Shown: positions 40,266 through 49,160 of the stretch, piece after piece
Layout: each line of letters begins with the position of its first letter
Position numbering within the stretch: the stretch's first letter is position 1
Source: an uncultured Gemmatimonadales bacterium
GTDB lineage: Bacteria; Gemmatimonadota; Gemmatimonadetes; Gemmatimonadales; GWC2-71-9
Assembly: GCA_963742755.1 (NCBI GenBank)
Contig: CAVUMU010000002.1
Span: 302,265 to 366,264, forward strand
Direction of reading: 5' to 3'
Length of the DNA: 64,000 nt
Program-made: the position numbers and the translations under genes
The notes under the pieces: model-generated
Databases searched by the model: none
Seen by the model: the letters and a program-made list of their open reading frames with translations, nothing else
What the model was told of the DNA's origin: nothing

Positions 40266-41930
40266 TTACCTCTTGGCTGCTGCCCGCTTCGGAAGACCGA
40301 AGACGAGGATGTCGTCGCCCAGTGGATAGCTGAGCTGGAAGTTGCCGCCACAGGCCACGGCAATAAACTGCTCGCCACCGTGCATGAACGTCATGGGCGC
40401 GGAGTTACAGCCGGCGCCGCCATTGAACTGCCACAGCAGCTTCCCGGTCTTCGAATCGTAGGCGTTGAAGTTGCCGTTCCCTTCACCGGTAAAGGTGAGG
40501 CCGGTGGACGTAGCGAGGGCGCCGCCCATCATGGGCTGGGGTACCTTGTTCTGCCAGGCAATCTTGCCGGTCTTGAGGTTGACCGCGGAGTAGAGCCCGT
40601 ACTGCTCTTCACCCGGAATGGCCACGAAGGCCGATCCGAGCCAGAGCTTGCCTTTCTCGTACGGGGCCGAGTGGGTGATGTAGTTCATCGGCTGGTGCAG
40701 GCCGGCCACGAAGGCGTAGCCGAGGGTAGGATCGACCGCGATGGGAGACCACTCCGCGCCGCCGTTGGCACCCGGAAGCATGCGGGTACCCTTGTCGCTC
40801 GGCAGGGCGAACATGTTCTCCTGAGGCGTAAAGTTGTCCGTCTTGCGGATCAGCTTCCCGGTGGCGGCATCGAGGACGTAGACCCACGCCGTCTTGCCGG
40901 CATGCACGACGGCCTTCTTACCGCCCACGTTCACGACTACCGGCGGAGAGGTGGCGTCGAGGTCCCAGACATCGTGCGGGACGGTCTGGTAATACCAGTT
41001 GGTCTTGCCGGTGGTGGCATCGATCGAGACGACCGCGTCGGTGTAGAGGTTGTCCCCCGGGCGGATGCTGCCATCCAGGTCGGGCGAAGGATTGCCGACC
41101 GAGACGAAGATCGCATTGAGTTCCTTGTCATACGCCGGAGTCGTCCACACGCCGCCGCCGCCGGTCTTCCACGCGTCGGCGTACTTGGCGCTGTCGGCCT
41201 TTTCCTTGGCGATGTCGCGGTGCAGGTCGTGGTCTTCCGCCTTCGGGGCCCAGGTACCCCACCAGCCGTTGGGGGCCTTGTCGTCGAAGGTGGGATCGCC
41301 CTGGGGGGCGGGAATCGAATACCAGCGCCAGACCTGGTCGCCGCTGACCGCGTTATAGGCGGTGACGTGACCGCGGATGCCGTACTCGCCGCCCGAGACC
41401 CCGATGATCACATTGTCGCCAACGATGAGTGGGGCGTGGGTGATGCTGTAGCCGAAGGCGGGATCGGCCACTTCCTTGTCCCAGAGCACCTTGCCGGTCT
41501 TTCCCTCGAAGGCCACCAGATGGGCGTCGAGGGTGCCCATGTAGACGTGGGGGCCGTGCATGCCAAAGCCGCGGTTGTTCGGTCCGCAGCAGGTGATGGT
41601 CGTGCCCAGCTTGTGCTCGTAGCGCCAAAGCTCCTTGTTGGTATTGAGATCGTAGGCCATGGCGGTGTTGTACGGGGTGGTCACGTACATGATGCCGTTG
41701 GAGACGAGCGGGGTGTTCTCGAACGAGCCCAGCTTGGAGATACCGGTCTGGAAGATCTTGCGGGGCACCAGCTGCGAAACGTTTGCTGGGGTGATGAGCT
41801 TCAAGGTCGAGTACCGCTGATTCCAGTCGTTACCGCCGTAAGTGGTCCAATCGCCTTTTCCTTGCGCGCTCAACGGGCTGGCAACAGCTAGAAGCACAGG
41901 GGCCACCCACCAACGAGAACAGATCCTCAT
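40266..41930 (-). CDS. PQQ-dependent alcohol/methanol dehydrogenase, XoxF/ExaF-like (lanthanide-type motif)
   Basis: Signal peptide, vicinal Cys pair TITCCGPNNRG, eight-bladed propeller W motifs, and PHDVWDLDA carrying Asp-x-Asp (40956-40964). Confidence 0.88.
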   Translation of the reverse strand: MRICSRWWVAPVLLAVASPLSAQGKGDWTTYGGNDWNQRYSTLKLITPANVSQLVPRKIFQTGISKLGSFENTPLVSNGIMYVTTPYNTAMAYDLNTNKELWRYEHKLGTTITCCGPNNRGFGMHGPHVYMGTLDAHLVAFEGKTGKVLWDKEVADPAFGYSITHAPLIVGDNVIIGVSGGEYGIRGHVTAYNAVSGDQVWRWYSIPAPQGDPTFDDKAPNGWWGTWAPKAEDHDLHRDIAKEKADSAKYADAWKTGGGGVWTTPAYDKELNAIFVSVGNPSPDLDGSIRPGDNLYTDAVVSIDATTGKTNWYYQTVPHDVWDLDATSPPVVVNVGGKKAVVHAGKTAWVYVLDAATGKLIRKTDNFTPQENMFALPSDKGTRMLPGANGGAEWSPIAVDPTLGYAFVAGLHQPMNYITHSAPYEKGKLWLGSAFVAIPGEEQYGLYSAVNLKTGKIAWQNKVPQPMMGGALATSTGLTFTGEGNGNFNAYDSKTGKLLWQFNGGAGCNSAPMTFMHGGEQFIAVACGGNFQLSYPLGDDILVFGLPKRAAAKR

Positions 41931-42199
41931 GGGCACTCTCCTCAGGGGCAAGTCTGGATGGGAAGAATCGGTTGCTCGGTCATGGAGACGGCTCGGTGCC
42001 GCCCGGGAGAAGCCCCCTGCGGCCACCACTAACTTCGGCGCTGGAAGTGTTTTAACGGGTTACAATTTGATTACACCGCTGGCTGCGTCAAGCCCCAGTT
42101 CCCCTACCGTGGCCGGGCAATTCATGGAATAATGATGCAACTTTATGGAGTGCAACCGTTTGCGCGCTTAGGCAGGGTATCGGCCGGTAGGATCAGAAT

Positions 42200-42337
42200 T
42201 CATCGGAAGAGCACGGCGGCCTTCTTAACCGTCTGCCAGATCCCCCAAAGGAGGGGTAACGTCACCGGCAGCCACGCCAGAACGACCATGACCCAGCTGC
42301 TATCCGAGCGCCGGTCCGACGCGTCGTTGGTGGCCAC
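42200..42337 (-). CDS. 45-aa membrane peptide, candidate MFS transporter small subunit (not in ORF track)
   Basis: AAGGAG RBS, GTG start. VATNDASDRRSDSSWVMVVLAWLPVTLPLLWGIWQTVKKAAVLFR has one TM helix with a W..P..WG motif. It lies downstream of the OFA transporter. Confidence 0.5.
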   Translation of the reverse strand: MATNDASDRRSDSSWVMVVLAWLPVTLPLLWGIWQTVKKAAVLFR

Positions 42338-42420
42338 AGTCGGCTCCTTGGGTGCTCAGCAAGTTGAGGCGTAAGGCGCAATAATATGCGGTGAGCCTTG
42401 GGTTTTATGCAACGGGGGGC

Positions 42421-43908
42421 TCAGCCACGCTGCCCGGCCTGGAGCGCCCTGGCGGCCGCCAGCTCCTCGGCCGTCATGTGGTACCCGGGGTGCACCGGCT
42501 TCACCATCAGATTACAGATCAACCCTATCACCAGCAGTCCGGCCAGCACGAACATCGTGACGTTATACGCCTGTGCTGTGGGCACCCCGCGCTCGATCTG
42601 GTACTCCCTGATGTAGTTCACCAGGACCGGTCCGAGCACACCCGCGGTGGACCAGGCGGTGAGCAAACGGCCGTGAATCGCGCCCACATACTGGGTGCCG
42701 AAGATGTCGGCCAGATACGCGGGGATGGTGGCGAATCCCCCTCCATACATGGTCAGGATGATGCAGAAGAGGACGACGAAGAGGGTGACGCTGCCGGTCC
42801 GGCCAGCGAACGGGGCCGTCCCGTAGAGCACGAAACCCAGGGCGAAGAAGACCAGGTAGGTGCGTTTCCGGCCGATGTAGTCGGAAAAGGAGGCCCAGCC
42901 GATCCGGCCGGCGATATTCGAAAGACTGAGCAAGGCCGCGAAACCGGCGCCGATGCTGGCAAGCTGGACTTTCTGCTCCGGAGTGAGCTGCTGCAGGGTT
43001 CCCGGAACTCCAAGCAGGCGGCCACCGAAAATCTCCTGGATCATCGGCGATGCGATACCGATGACGCCGATGCCCGCGCTCACGTTCATGCACAATACCA
43101 TCCAGAGGAACCAGAACTGCGGCGTCCGCCAGGCCCGGCTCACGTGGACGTTCCCACTGGTGATCATGCCGGTGCGCTGGGAGCTGGGCGTCCATCCAGC
43201 CGGCTTCCAGTCCGGTGGCGGCACCCGGTACCCGAAGGCCCCGGCCATCATGGTAATGAAGTAGAGGGCGCCCAGGGCGACGAAAGTCTGCCATACACCA
43301 ACTGACGTCGGAGTCGTGAAGTGGCGCATGAGGATGTCGGCCAGTGGAGCTCCGATCATCGTGCCTCCGCCGAATCCCATGATGGCCATCCCTGTCGCCA
43401 TGCCGCGGCGGTCGGGAAACCACTTGATCAGGGTGCTGACCGGTGAGATGTAGCCCAGCCCCAGCCCGCAGCCGCCGATGACGCCGGAGCCGAGCCAGAG
43501 CAGCCAGATCTGGTGGAGGTAGATTCCCAGTGCGGAGATGAAGAATCCCGTCGACCAGCAGACGGCGGCCACCACGCCGGTTCTCCGCGGTCCCACCCGT
43601 TCGACCCAGGGCCCGAACAGCGCCGCCGACGAGCCGAGGAAGACGAAGAAGAGGGTGAACATCCAGCCGAGCTCGCTGATCTTCCAGTCACAGTCGCGGG
43701 TGACGAGCAGTTGGAAGAAGCCCATGTCGGCCGGGCACGGCCTGGACTCCGTCAGGCCGACGGCCCGGCTCAGCGGCAGCCAGAACACGCTGAATCCGTA
43801 CGCCATGCCGATGGACAGGTGAATGGCGAGTGCGGCCGGAGGCACCAGCCACCGGTTGTACCCCGGCCTGGCGACGGTCCGTTCCCTCGAAAGCAATCCC
43901 GCCATCAC
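42421..43908 (-). CDS. MFS transporter, oxalate/formate antiporter (OFA) family
   Basis: 12-TM MFS. The N-terminal YNRWLVPPAALAIHLSIGMAYGFSVF is typical of the OFA family. Confidence 0.85.
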   Translation of the reverse strand: MMAGLLSRERTVARPGYNRWLVPPAALAIHLSIGMAYGFSVFWLPLSRAVGLTESRPCPADMGFFQLLVTRDCDWKISELGWMFTLFFVFLGSSAALFGPWVERVGPRRTGVVAAVCWSTGFFISALGIYLHQIWLLWLGSGVIGGCGLGLGYISPVSTLIKWFPDRRGMATGMAIMGFGGGTMIGAPLADILMRHFTTPTSVGVWQTFVALGALYFITMMAGAFGYRVPPPDWKPAGWTPSSQRTGMITSGNVHVSRAWRTPQFWFLWMVLCMNVSAGIGVIGIASPMIQEIFGGRLLGVPGTLQQLTPEQKVQLASIGAGFAALLSLSNIAGRIGWASFSDYIGRKRTYLVFFALGFVLYGTAPFAGRTGSVTLFVVLFCIILTMYGGGFATIPAYLADIFGTQYVGAIHGRLLTAWSTAGVLGPVLVNYIREYQIERGVPTAQAYNVTMFVLAGLLVIGLICNLMVKPVHPGYHMTAEELAAARALQAGQRG

Positions 43909-44017
43909 GATTCTCCTGGGTTATGTTCCTGCGGAGGCGACGGCGGGTGTCATTTCCCCCGCGGCGATTTCAGCTACGAAGGTACAGACGACCCTATTCC
44001 GGGACCAGAGCACCGCA

Positions 44018-44626
44018 ATGATTCAGCTCCCTCCCTCTCTTCTCATCACCTCGGCGGCCGCGGCGTTGACTGTGGCCATGGGCTGCTCCGGACGGGGCCA
44101 GGCGGCCGCGAGTGCCCCGGCTCCGGCGCCACCGGCCCGAGAGGCGGCCACGCCGGCTCCAGGAGCCGGCGACACCGCGGCCGTGCCGTCCTGGATGACC
44201 GTGGACAGTGCGGCCAGGGTGGTCACATTGTCGCTCGAAATTACCGCCCCACCCGGAGCGCCGTCGGCACTGATCAACGGCTATCGCGCCGGAGAGGCCC
44301 GCATCGTCGTGCCGCTCGGCTGGACGGTCAAATGGGATTGGCGCTCGGCCGACTCGACCGCCCCCCACAGCCTGGTGGTGATGGTGCAGCGGGAGAAGAT
44401 TCCGCTGGAGGGCGGCCGCGCCTCGTTCAGCAATGCCATGACCCGGGCGGTTGTCGAGGGACTCCGTCCGGGCCAGAACGATCAGACCATCTTCGTTGCC
44501 GATGAAGCCGGCTGGTACTGGCTGCTGTGCGGGGTACCGGGGCACGCCATCAAAGGCGAATGGCTGGAGCTACGGGTGGATCCGGAGGCGAAGCTGCCGA
44601 ACGTGGTCGTCAAGAACAAGGCGTGA
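44018..44626 (+). CDS. sulfocyanin-like cupredoxin lipoprotein with Glu at the axial-ligand position
   Basis: Lipobox VAMGC. Copper ligands are APHSLVV and CGVPGH-AIKG-E(W), where sulfocyanins have GMW. The Glu codon is at 44558-44560. Confidence 0.7.
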   Translation: MIQLPPSLLITSAAAALTVAMGCSGRGQAAASAPAPAPPAREAATPAPGAGDTAAVPSWMTVDSAARVVTLSLEITAPPGAPSALINGYRAGEARIVVPLGWTVKWDWRSADSTAPHSLVVMVQREKIPLEGGRASFSNAMTRAVVEGLRPGQNDQTIFVADEAGWYWLLCGVPGHAIKGEWLELRVDPEAKLPNVVVKNKA

Positions 44627-44686
44627 GCGGTAAGCGGTAAGCGGGACACAGCCCCTCCTCCCCTTCACCGCCTCACTGCTTACGCT
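44621..44686. repeat. tandem-heptamer hairpin (GTGAGCG/GTAAGCG units)
   Basis: GCGTGAGCGGTAAGCGGTAAGCGG pairs imperfectly with CCGCCTCACTGCTTACGC. Both convergent genes stop inside the arms. Confidence 0.8.
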
Positions 44687-45869
44687 TTTCACCTAAAAGT
44701 CTCTCAATTTCGACCTCGAACTCCCGCGCCTGCCGCTGGTGTTGGTCCCCTGCCGCCAGGCCGTGGAAGCCGGCGTGCACCCGGCGCACCCGGCCATCGC
44801 GACCCAGAAAGACTAGCGTCGGAAAGGCACCGGCCCCCTGAAGCTGGGGCAGCGCCGCCTCGATGCCCTCGACGTCGTTGGTTCCGGCCAGGAGCAGGGG
44901 GAAGGGAATGCGGAACTTGTCGCGGTAGCGGCGCACCAACGGCGCGTCCACGGCCGGGTCGCCGGTGACCTCGAAGGCCAGACCCACGATCTCCAGTCCC
45001 CGTCCACGATACCGATTATAGAGCTCGATCAGCCCCGGCATTCCTTCGTGACAGGTGGGGCACCAGGTCCCGAAGATGTCGACCAGGACGACTTTTCCCT
45101 TGAAGCGCGGGTCGTCGTTCCCCACCAGGCGGCCCTGAAGATCGGGGAAGCGAAACCGGAACGGCGCGGTGGTGTCGGCAGAGGTGATCTCGGTCGGAGA
45201 CTTGAGATGGGCCGCTCCGGTGCTGCGCACCGCCTGCCACGGTGTCTGGGTTCTCAGTCCGGCGTGAAAAATCCCCCGCAGCGTATCGCCGTGGAGCTTG
45301 CCGGTGATGAGGTAGACGAACGAGCCGTCGAAGTATCCGATCGCGAAGCTGTCAGCCGAAGCGGTCCCCGAGAACGGCCCATAGTCCGAGGTGCTGGAGA
45401 TGAGGGTTCCCTCGATGCCGCCGGGTCCGTTGCGAAACTCGAAGACGCGCGGGCTGGTTTCCAGGTCCTGGAAGAAAGTCGCGTCCCAGCGGCCCACCAG
45501 CTTCCTGGAGGCCTTACTGATCGGCCAAGGGCGGCGCGCTGCCCGGAATGGAATGGTGCGCGGCCCGTTGCTGCCGATGTTGCGGTAATATCCGATCAGC
45601 GAGTCGCGCCGGACGGCGGCCTTTATGGTCGCAGCATAGTCGGCGATTTCGAGAACCACGCTGTCGCCTTCCACTCGCACGGCCGAGAACGGCTGGGACT
45701 TCTGCCCGTTCCAAAGCCTCCCCAGCCAGTCGCCATCTTCATTGTGCCCGACTTGCACCGTAAACGGCAGGGGACCGCCTGCGAGGTCCAGCACGGCCCG
45801 CCAGGTCCCCCTCGGCGAAGAAACTACCGCCAGGCCAAGCGCGGCCTGGATCGCCAGGACGAGCATCAT
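44673..45869 (-). CDS. TlpA/redoxin-family thiol:disulfide oxidoreductase with N-terminal extra domain
   Basis: The C-terminal thioredoxin fold carries WCPTC. ATGATG overlap with the upstream stop. Confidence 0.8.
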   Translation of the reverse strand: MMLVLAIQAALGLAVVSSPRGTWRAVLDLAGGPLPFTVQVGHNEDGDWLGRLWNGQKSQPFSAVRVEGDSVVLEIADYAATIKAAVRRDSLIGYYRNIGSNGPRTIPFRAARRPWPISKASRKLVGRWDATFFQDLETSPRVFEFRNGPGGIEGTLISSTSDYGPFSGTASADSFAIGYFDGSFVYLITGKLHGDTLRGIFHAGLRTQTPWQAVRSTGAAHLKSPTEITSADTTAPFRFRFPDLQGRLVGNDDPRFKGKVVLVDIFGTWCPTCHEGMPGLIELYNRYRGRGLEIVGLAFEVTGDPAVDAPLVRRYRDKFRIPFPLLLAGTNDVEGIEAALPQLQGAGAFPTLVFLGRDGRVRRVHAGFHGLAAGDQHQRQAREFEVEIERLLGEKRKQ

Positions 45870-46696
45870 TCCGCCGGCTGGTCGGGCACGACTTGGAGGC
45901 CGCCCCCCGAGTAGCGCTCTCCTGCCCGGATAGCGGCAGGCACGGTGTTGCCCCGCCATGGCGCGGGACAGGGGTATACCGAGCTGTAGGCGCAGAACGG
46001 ATTCCGGGCCCGGTTGAAGTTCAGCCGGAACAGGCCGTTTGAAAGCGGGTGCAGGCTGACGAATCGGCCTGCCGGATAGGTCCCGTCTCCGTTGCTCTCG
46101 TCGCGGAAGTAGATCTCCAGGTCCGACTCATTACCGCCCGCAAACGGGATACGCAGCACGCGAAGCGAGGTCCGTCCGCCAAGCGGCACGACGACGCTAC
46201 CCACCTCGGTAGCCTCGACCTCGATTCCGTCGGAGGCAAGGACGCGTATTGACTGAGGAGTCTTGAGTCGGATGAGAGGCCCAGTAAACACCATCGAGGG
46301 GTCGTAATCGTAGTAGCCCGGCGGCTCTTTGCCGGCCTGGTCGGTGAACACGGACAGAACCGTCCCCCGCTGAGAGCCGGTGAGATACAGCGCATATTTC
46401 CCGATCCGATACGGCCCGCCACGGCCGATGGGTCGCTTGTCGTCTGACCCTTCGAGAACGACGCCTGTGCCACTCGGGTAGACTCGATACTCATCGATCC
46501 CCGGCAGCGGAATGTCCGCATCCCCCGGTCCCAGTCGGAGCCCATCGCCGACCTTTTGCCGCGCAACGGCCGACAGCGGCGAGTTGAGTCCCTTCTTGAG
46601 CCAATCAACGTAGCCGGTTCGTTCCATGACCACGTCAGGCGGCGCCTGTGCCGCGAGCGTCGATGCAAGAAGAACCAACGGAAGAAAGCGAGTCAT
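45866..46696 (-). CDS. DUF1684 domain protein
   Basis: Signal peptide, and the motif NFNRARNPFCAYSSVYPCPAPWRGN typical of DUF1684. Confidence 0.75.
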   Translation of the reverse strand: MTRFLPLVLLASTLAAQAPPDVVMERTGYVDWLKKGLNSPLSAVARQKVGDGLRLGPGDADIPLPGIDEYRVYPSGTGVVLEGSDDKRPIGRGGPYRIGKYALYLTGSQRGTVLSVFTDQAGKEPPGYYDYDPSMVFTGPLIRLKTPQSIRVLASDGIEVEATEVGSVVVPLGGRTSLRVLRIPFAGGNESDLEIYFRDESNGDGTYPAGRFVSLHPLSNGLFRLNFNRARNPFCAYSSVYPCPAPWRGNTVPAAIRAGERYSGGGLQVVPDQPAE

Positions 46697-46725
46697 ATAG
46701 TCAGGATAATACAGATAGCTTCGTC

Positions 46726-47823
46726 TCAGAATCGGTCTGGAGCGAATGCCTGCAATCCGACACCCGGCGGCTCCCCGTCCATCAACTGCCGGAGGAGCAC
46801 TCCAGTAATGCCCGCCAGCAGTATGCCGTTTCGTCCATGTCCAGTCGCGTACCACAGCCCCCTCATGGTGGGCTCACGGCCGATGATCGGCATGCCGTCC
46901 GGCGTCATGGGGCGGAGTCCGGCCCAGGTTCGCCGTACCTTGGCCCTGATGAGGCTGGGGGACAGCAGCATGGTGGCCGCAAAGATCTGGGCCAGGCCCG
47001 CGGAGGTGACTTCGGGCCGGAACCCCACGGGTTCCATGGTCGAGCCGATGATCGCCTCACCAGCCCGGGCCAGGATATAGGAATGGTTGTGGTAGACGAT
47101 TGCTCGGGGCACCGCGGCAGGCCAGGGGAGCGCGGCCATCTGACCGCGCACCGGTTCGACCGGCAGTGGCCGGGGGAGATTCTGCAGCTGGCCCGACCAG
47201 GCCCCCGCAGCGACCAGGACGTGCTCGCTGGAGTAGCGCCCGGTCTCCCCGCCCACTCCCGTCAGTTTGTCTCCTGCCCGCTCTAGCCTGAGGGCCCGAT
47301 CATCGACTACGACCGCGCCGAGCCGCAGCGCGTCGGCCAGCAGGGCCTGGACCAGCCGTTCGGGATCGAGTGCGCCATCCCGGGGCGCCCACAGCGCGCC
47401 GAGGGTCGGGCCCAGCCAGGGCCAGCGCCGGCGAACCTCGTCCCGCTCCAGCCACTCACACGCATAGCCCTGTTGCTGTTGCCACGCTACCTTCGACCCC
47501 AGCGCGGCCGCCTCGACATCGGTGCCGGCCATCCGGGCTATGCCCTCCTGCCAAAGGCCCACATCGACACCGGTTGTCTCATGAAGGGCGGCCGCCAGCG
47601 GTTGGTACAGGTCCCGCGCGGCCAGGCCAAGGGTGAGGAGCTGGTCGCTCGCGTCCGCCTCGATCTGCGGAGCAAGCAGCCCCCCGGCCGCTCGCCACGC
47701 CTGCCCGTGCTGGCCGCCGGGTTCCAGGATGAGGACGGTGCGACCGGTTGACGCCAGCTCTCGGGCGCAGGCAGCCCCCATGGCGCCGCCTCCGATCACG
47801 ATCACATCGTACGCGGGGCTCAC
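46726..47823 (-). CDS. FAD-dependent oxidoreductase (glycine oxidase ThiO / DAO family)
   Basis: The dinucleotide fold begins YDVIVIGGGAMGAACAREL. GGLLAPQIEA is ThiO-like. Confidence 0.75.
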   Translation of the reverse strand: MSPAYDVIVIGGGAMGAACARELASTGRTVLILEPGGQHGQAWRAAGGLLAPQIEADASDQLLTLGLAARDLYQPLAAALHETTGVDVGLWQEGIARMAGTDVEAAALGSKVAWQQQQGYACEWLERDEVRRRWPWLGPTLGALWAPRDGALDPERLVQALLADALRLGAVVVDDRALRLERAGDKLTGVGGETGRYSSEHVLVAAGAWSGQLQNLPRPLPVEPVRGQMAALPWPAAVPRAIVYHNHSYILARAGEAIIGSTMEPVGFRPEVTSAGLAQIFAATMLLSPSLIRAKVRRTWAGLRPMTPDGMPIIGREPTMRGLWYATGHGRNGILLAGITGVLLRQLMDGEPPGVGLQAFAPDRF

Positions 47824-47894
47824 CCGGCACCGATGAAACTATTTGAAACGTCCGGGCGTACTGCAGCCTGACCCGCTCTCACGAGGAAACGAGA

Positions 47895-48104
47895 ATGTTG
47901 CGGAACCTGCTGGGATTCGCGGTGCTGGCGGTGGTGACGGTCTTTTTGCTGAAGGTCGTCTTCACCCTCTTTGGTCTGGTCCTGGGGCTGGTGGGGGCGG
48001 CGCTGTGGTTTGCCTTCGTGGGCTTCATGATCTATCTGGTCCTGAAGGTCTTTGCCCCGAACACCGCGGCGCGAGTGCGGGAGATGATTGCTGGGGAGCG
48101 GTGA
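47895..48104 (+). CDS. small 2-TM membrane protein
   Basis: 69 aa and very hydrophobic. GAGGAAACGAGA precedes the ATG. A hairpin follows. Confidence 0.5.
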   Translation: MLRNLLGFAVLAVVTVFLLKVVFTLFGLVLGLVGAALWFAFVGFMIYLVLKVFAPNTAARVREMIAGER

Positions 48105-48145
48105 GGGCGTAAGACCCAGGTAAAGCGCCCAGGAACAAGGTCTAG

Positions 48146-48182
48146 GTGAAGACGTCTACGGTATTCTAGCAGACGTCTTCAT
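48146..48182. repeat. hairpin between convergent genes built on the palindromic unit AGACGTCT
   Basis: TGAAGACGTCT-13 nt-AGACGTCTTCA. A third GACGTCT copy lies at 48186-48192. Confidence 0.7.
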
Positions 48183-48192
48183 CTGGACGTCT

Positions 48193-49158
48193 CTATTTGG
48201 ACTGCTTTTTCTCGACCGCCTCCACCACGCCCCACACCAACAGCGGGATCAAGATCTCATGATGCCCGGTGAGGAGAAAGCCGGTGCCCCCTGCTCGGGT
48301 GGGTCGCTGCACCACGTTGACCCGCGGCCGGTAGTGCCGCTGCATGTCGAAGTCGGCCGCCGTGAAGTGAGTGGGTTTCCCGCCCTCGAGGTTCCGCGCG
48401 ATGGTCAGGGCTTTGAGGAAGACCTCCGGCAGCAACACCGCGCTCCCCAGATTGAGCACCACCCCACCCTGATGCAGATCGGGGACTGAGGCCGCAAGGC
48501 GGCGGAAGTCTCGGTGGCTGGTGGCGCCGACCGCGGCGCCGTCGGCGGTGGGATGCTGGTGGATGATCTCCGCCCCGATGGCGGCGTGGACGGTCACCGG
48601 AACATCGTGCTCCTGGGCCGACAGCAGGATGGAGGCCTCGGCCCCGGGCAGGCTCTTCCGCTTGGCCAGGGCCCGGGAGAGACCCTCTCCCATTCCCTGC
48701 TCGGCACGGGCCGCCGCGCCGATCGCGGCGTTCATCCCGGCCCCAGTCTCCTCAGCCATGCCGAAGCTGCCGTCCGTCAGACCGGCCTCTACGTCCTCGC
48801 TCGTCCCCCCGAATGCCGCCAGCTCGAAGTCGTGAATAGCAGCGGCACCGTTCATCGCGACGTGGGTGACGATCCCGCGTGCCAGCCAGGTGTTGATGAG
48901 CGGACCCAGGCCTACCTTTACGACGTGGCCGCCCAGGAGGAGAATCACCCCCCTGCGTTCGCGCGCAGCATCAACCACTGACTGGATGACCTGGCGGAGA
49001 TCGTGGGCGGCCAGGATGTCTGGCAGACTGTCGAGAAAAGCGGAAAAGGAGCGGTTCGTTCCGGGCGGCGAGGCCAGCCGTCGCTGGTCGACCTTGTTCC
49101 GCCGCCCGGCGACCGGAATGGTCGTGAGGCGGCTCAGGTCGGCCTCGCGATACGGCAC
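48193..49158 (-). CDS. conserved hypothetical protein, possibly deoxyhypusine-synthase-like (DHS-like Rossmann fold)
   Basis: GGHVVKVGLGPLI ... VAMNGAAAIHDFELA ... TSEDV resembles the DHS family layout. Last gene of the kinase/GT operon. Confidence 0.4.
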   Translation of the reverse strand: MPYREADLSRLTTIPVAGRRNKVDQRRLASPPGTNRSFSAFLDSLPDILAAHDLRQVIQSVVDAARERRGVILLLGGHVVKVGLGPLINTWLARGIVTHVAMNGAAAIHDFELAAFGGTSEDVEAGLTDGSFGMAEETGAGMNAAIGAAARAEQGMGEGLSRALAKRKSLPGAEASILLSAQEHDVPVTVHAAIGAEIIHQHPTADGAAVGATSHRDFRRLAASVPDLHQGGVVLNLGSAVLLPEVFLKALTIARNLEGGKPTHFTAADFDMQRHYRPRVNVVQRPTRAGGTGFLLTGHHEILIPLLVWGVVEAVEKKQSK

Positions 49159-49160
49159 GA

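Noticed and set aside
42145-42169. A sigma-54-like promoter (TTGCAC...TTGCAT on the minus strand) and a TGCAAC-N9-TGCAAC direct repeat upstream of the PQQ dehydrogenase.
   Set aside because: The GG of the -24 element is absent, and the spacing between the GC elements is 15 nt rather than 11. It is not a credible RpoN promoter. The direct repeat alone is too short to call.
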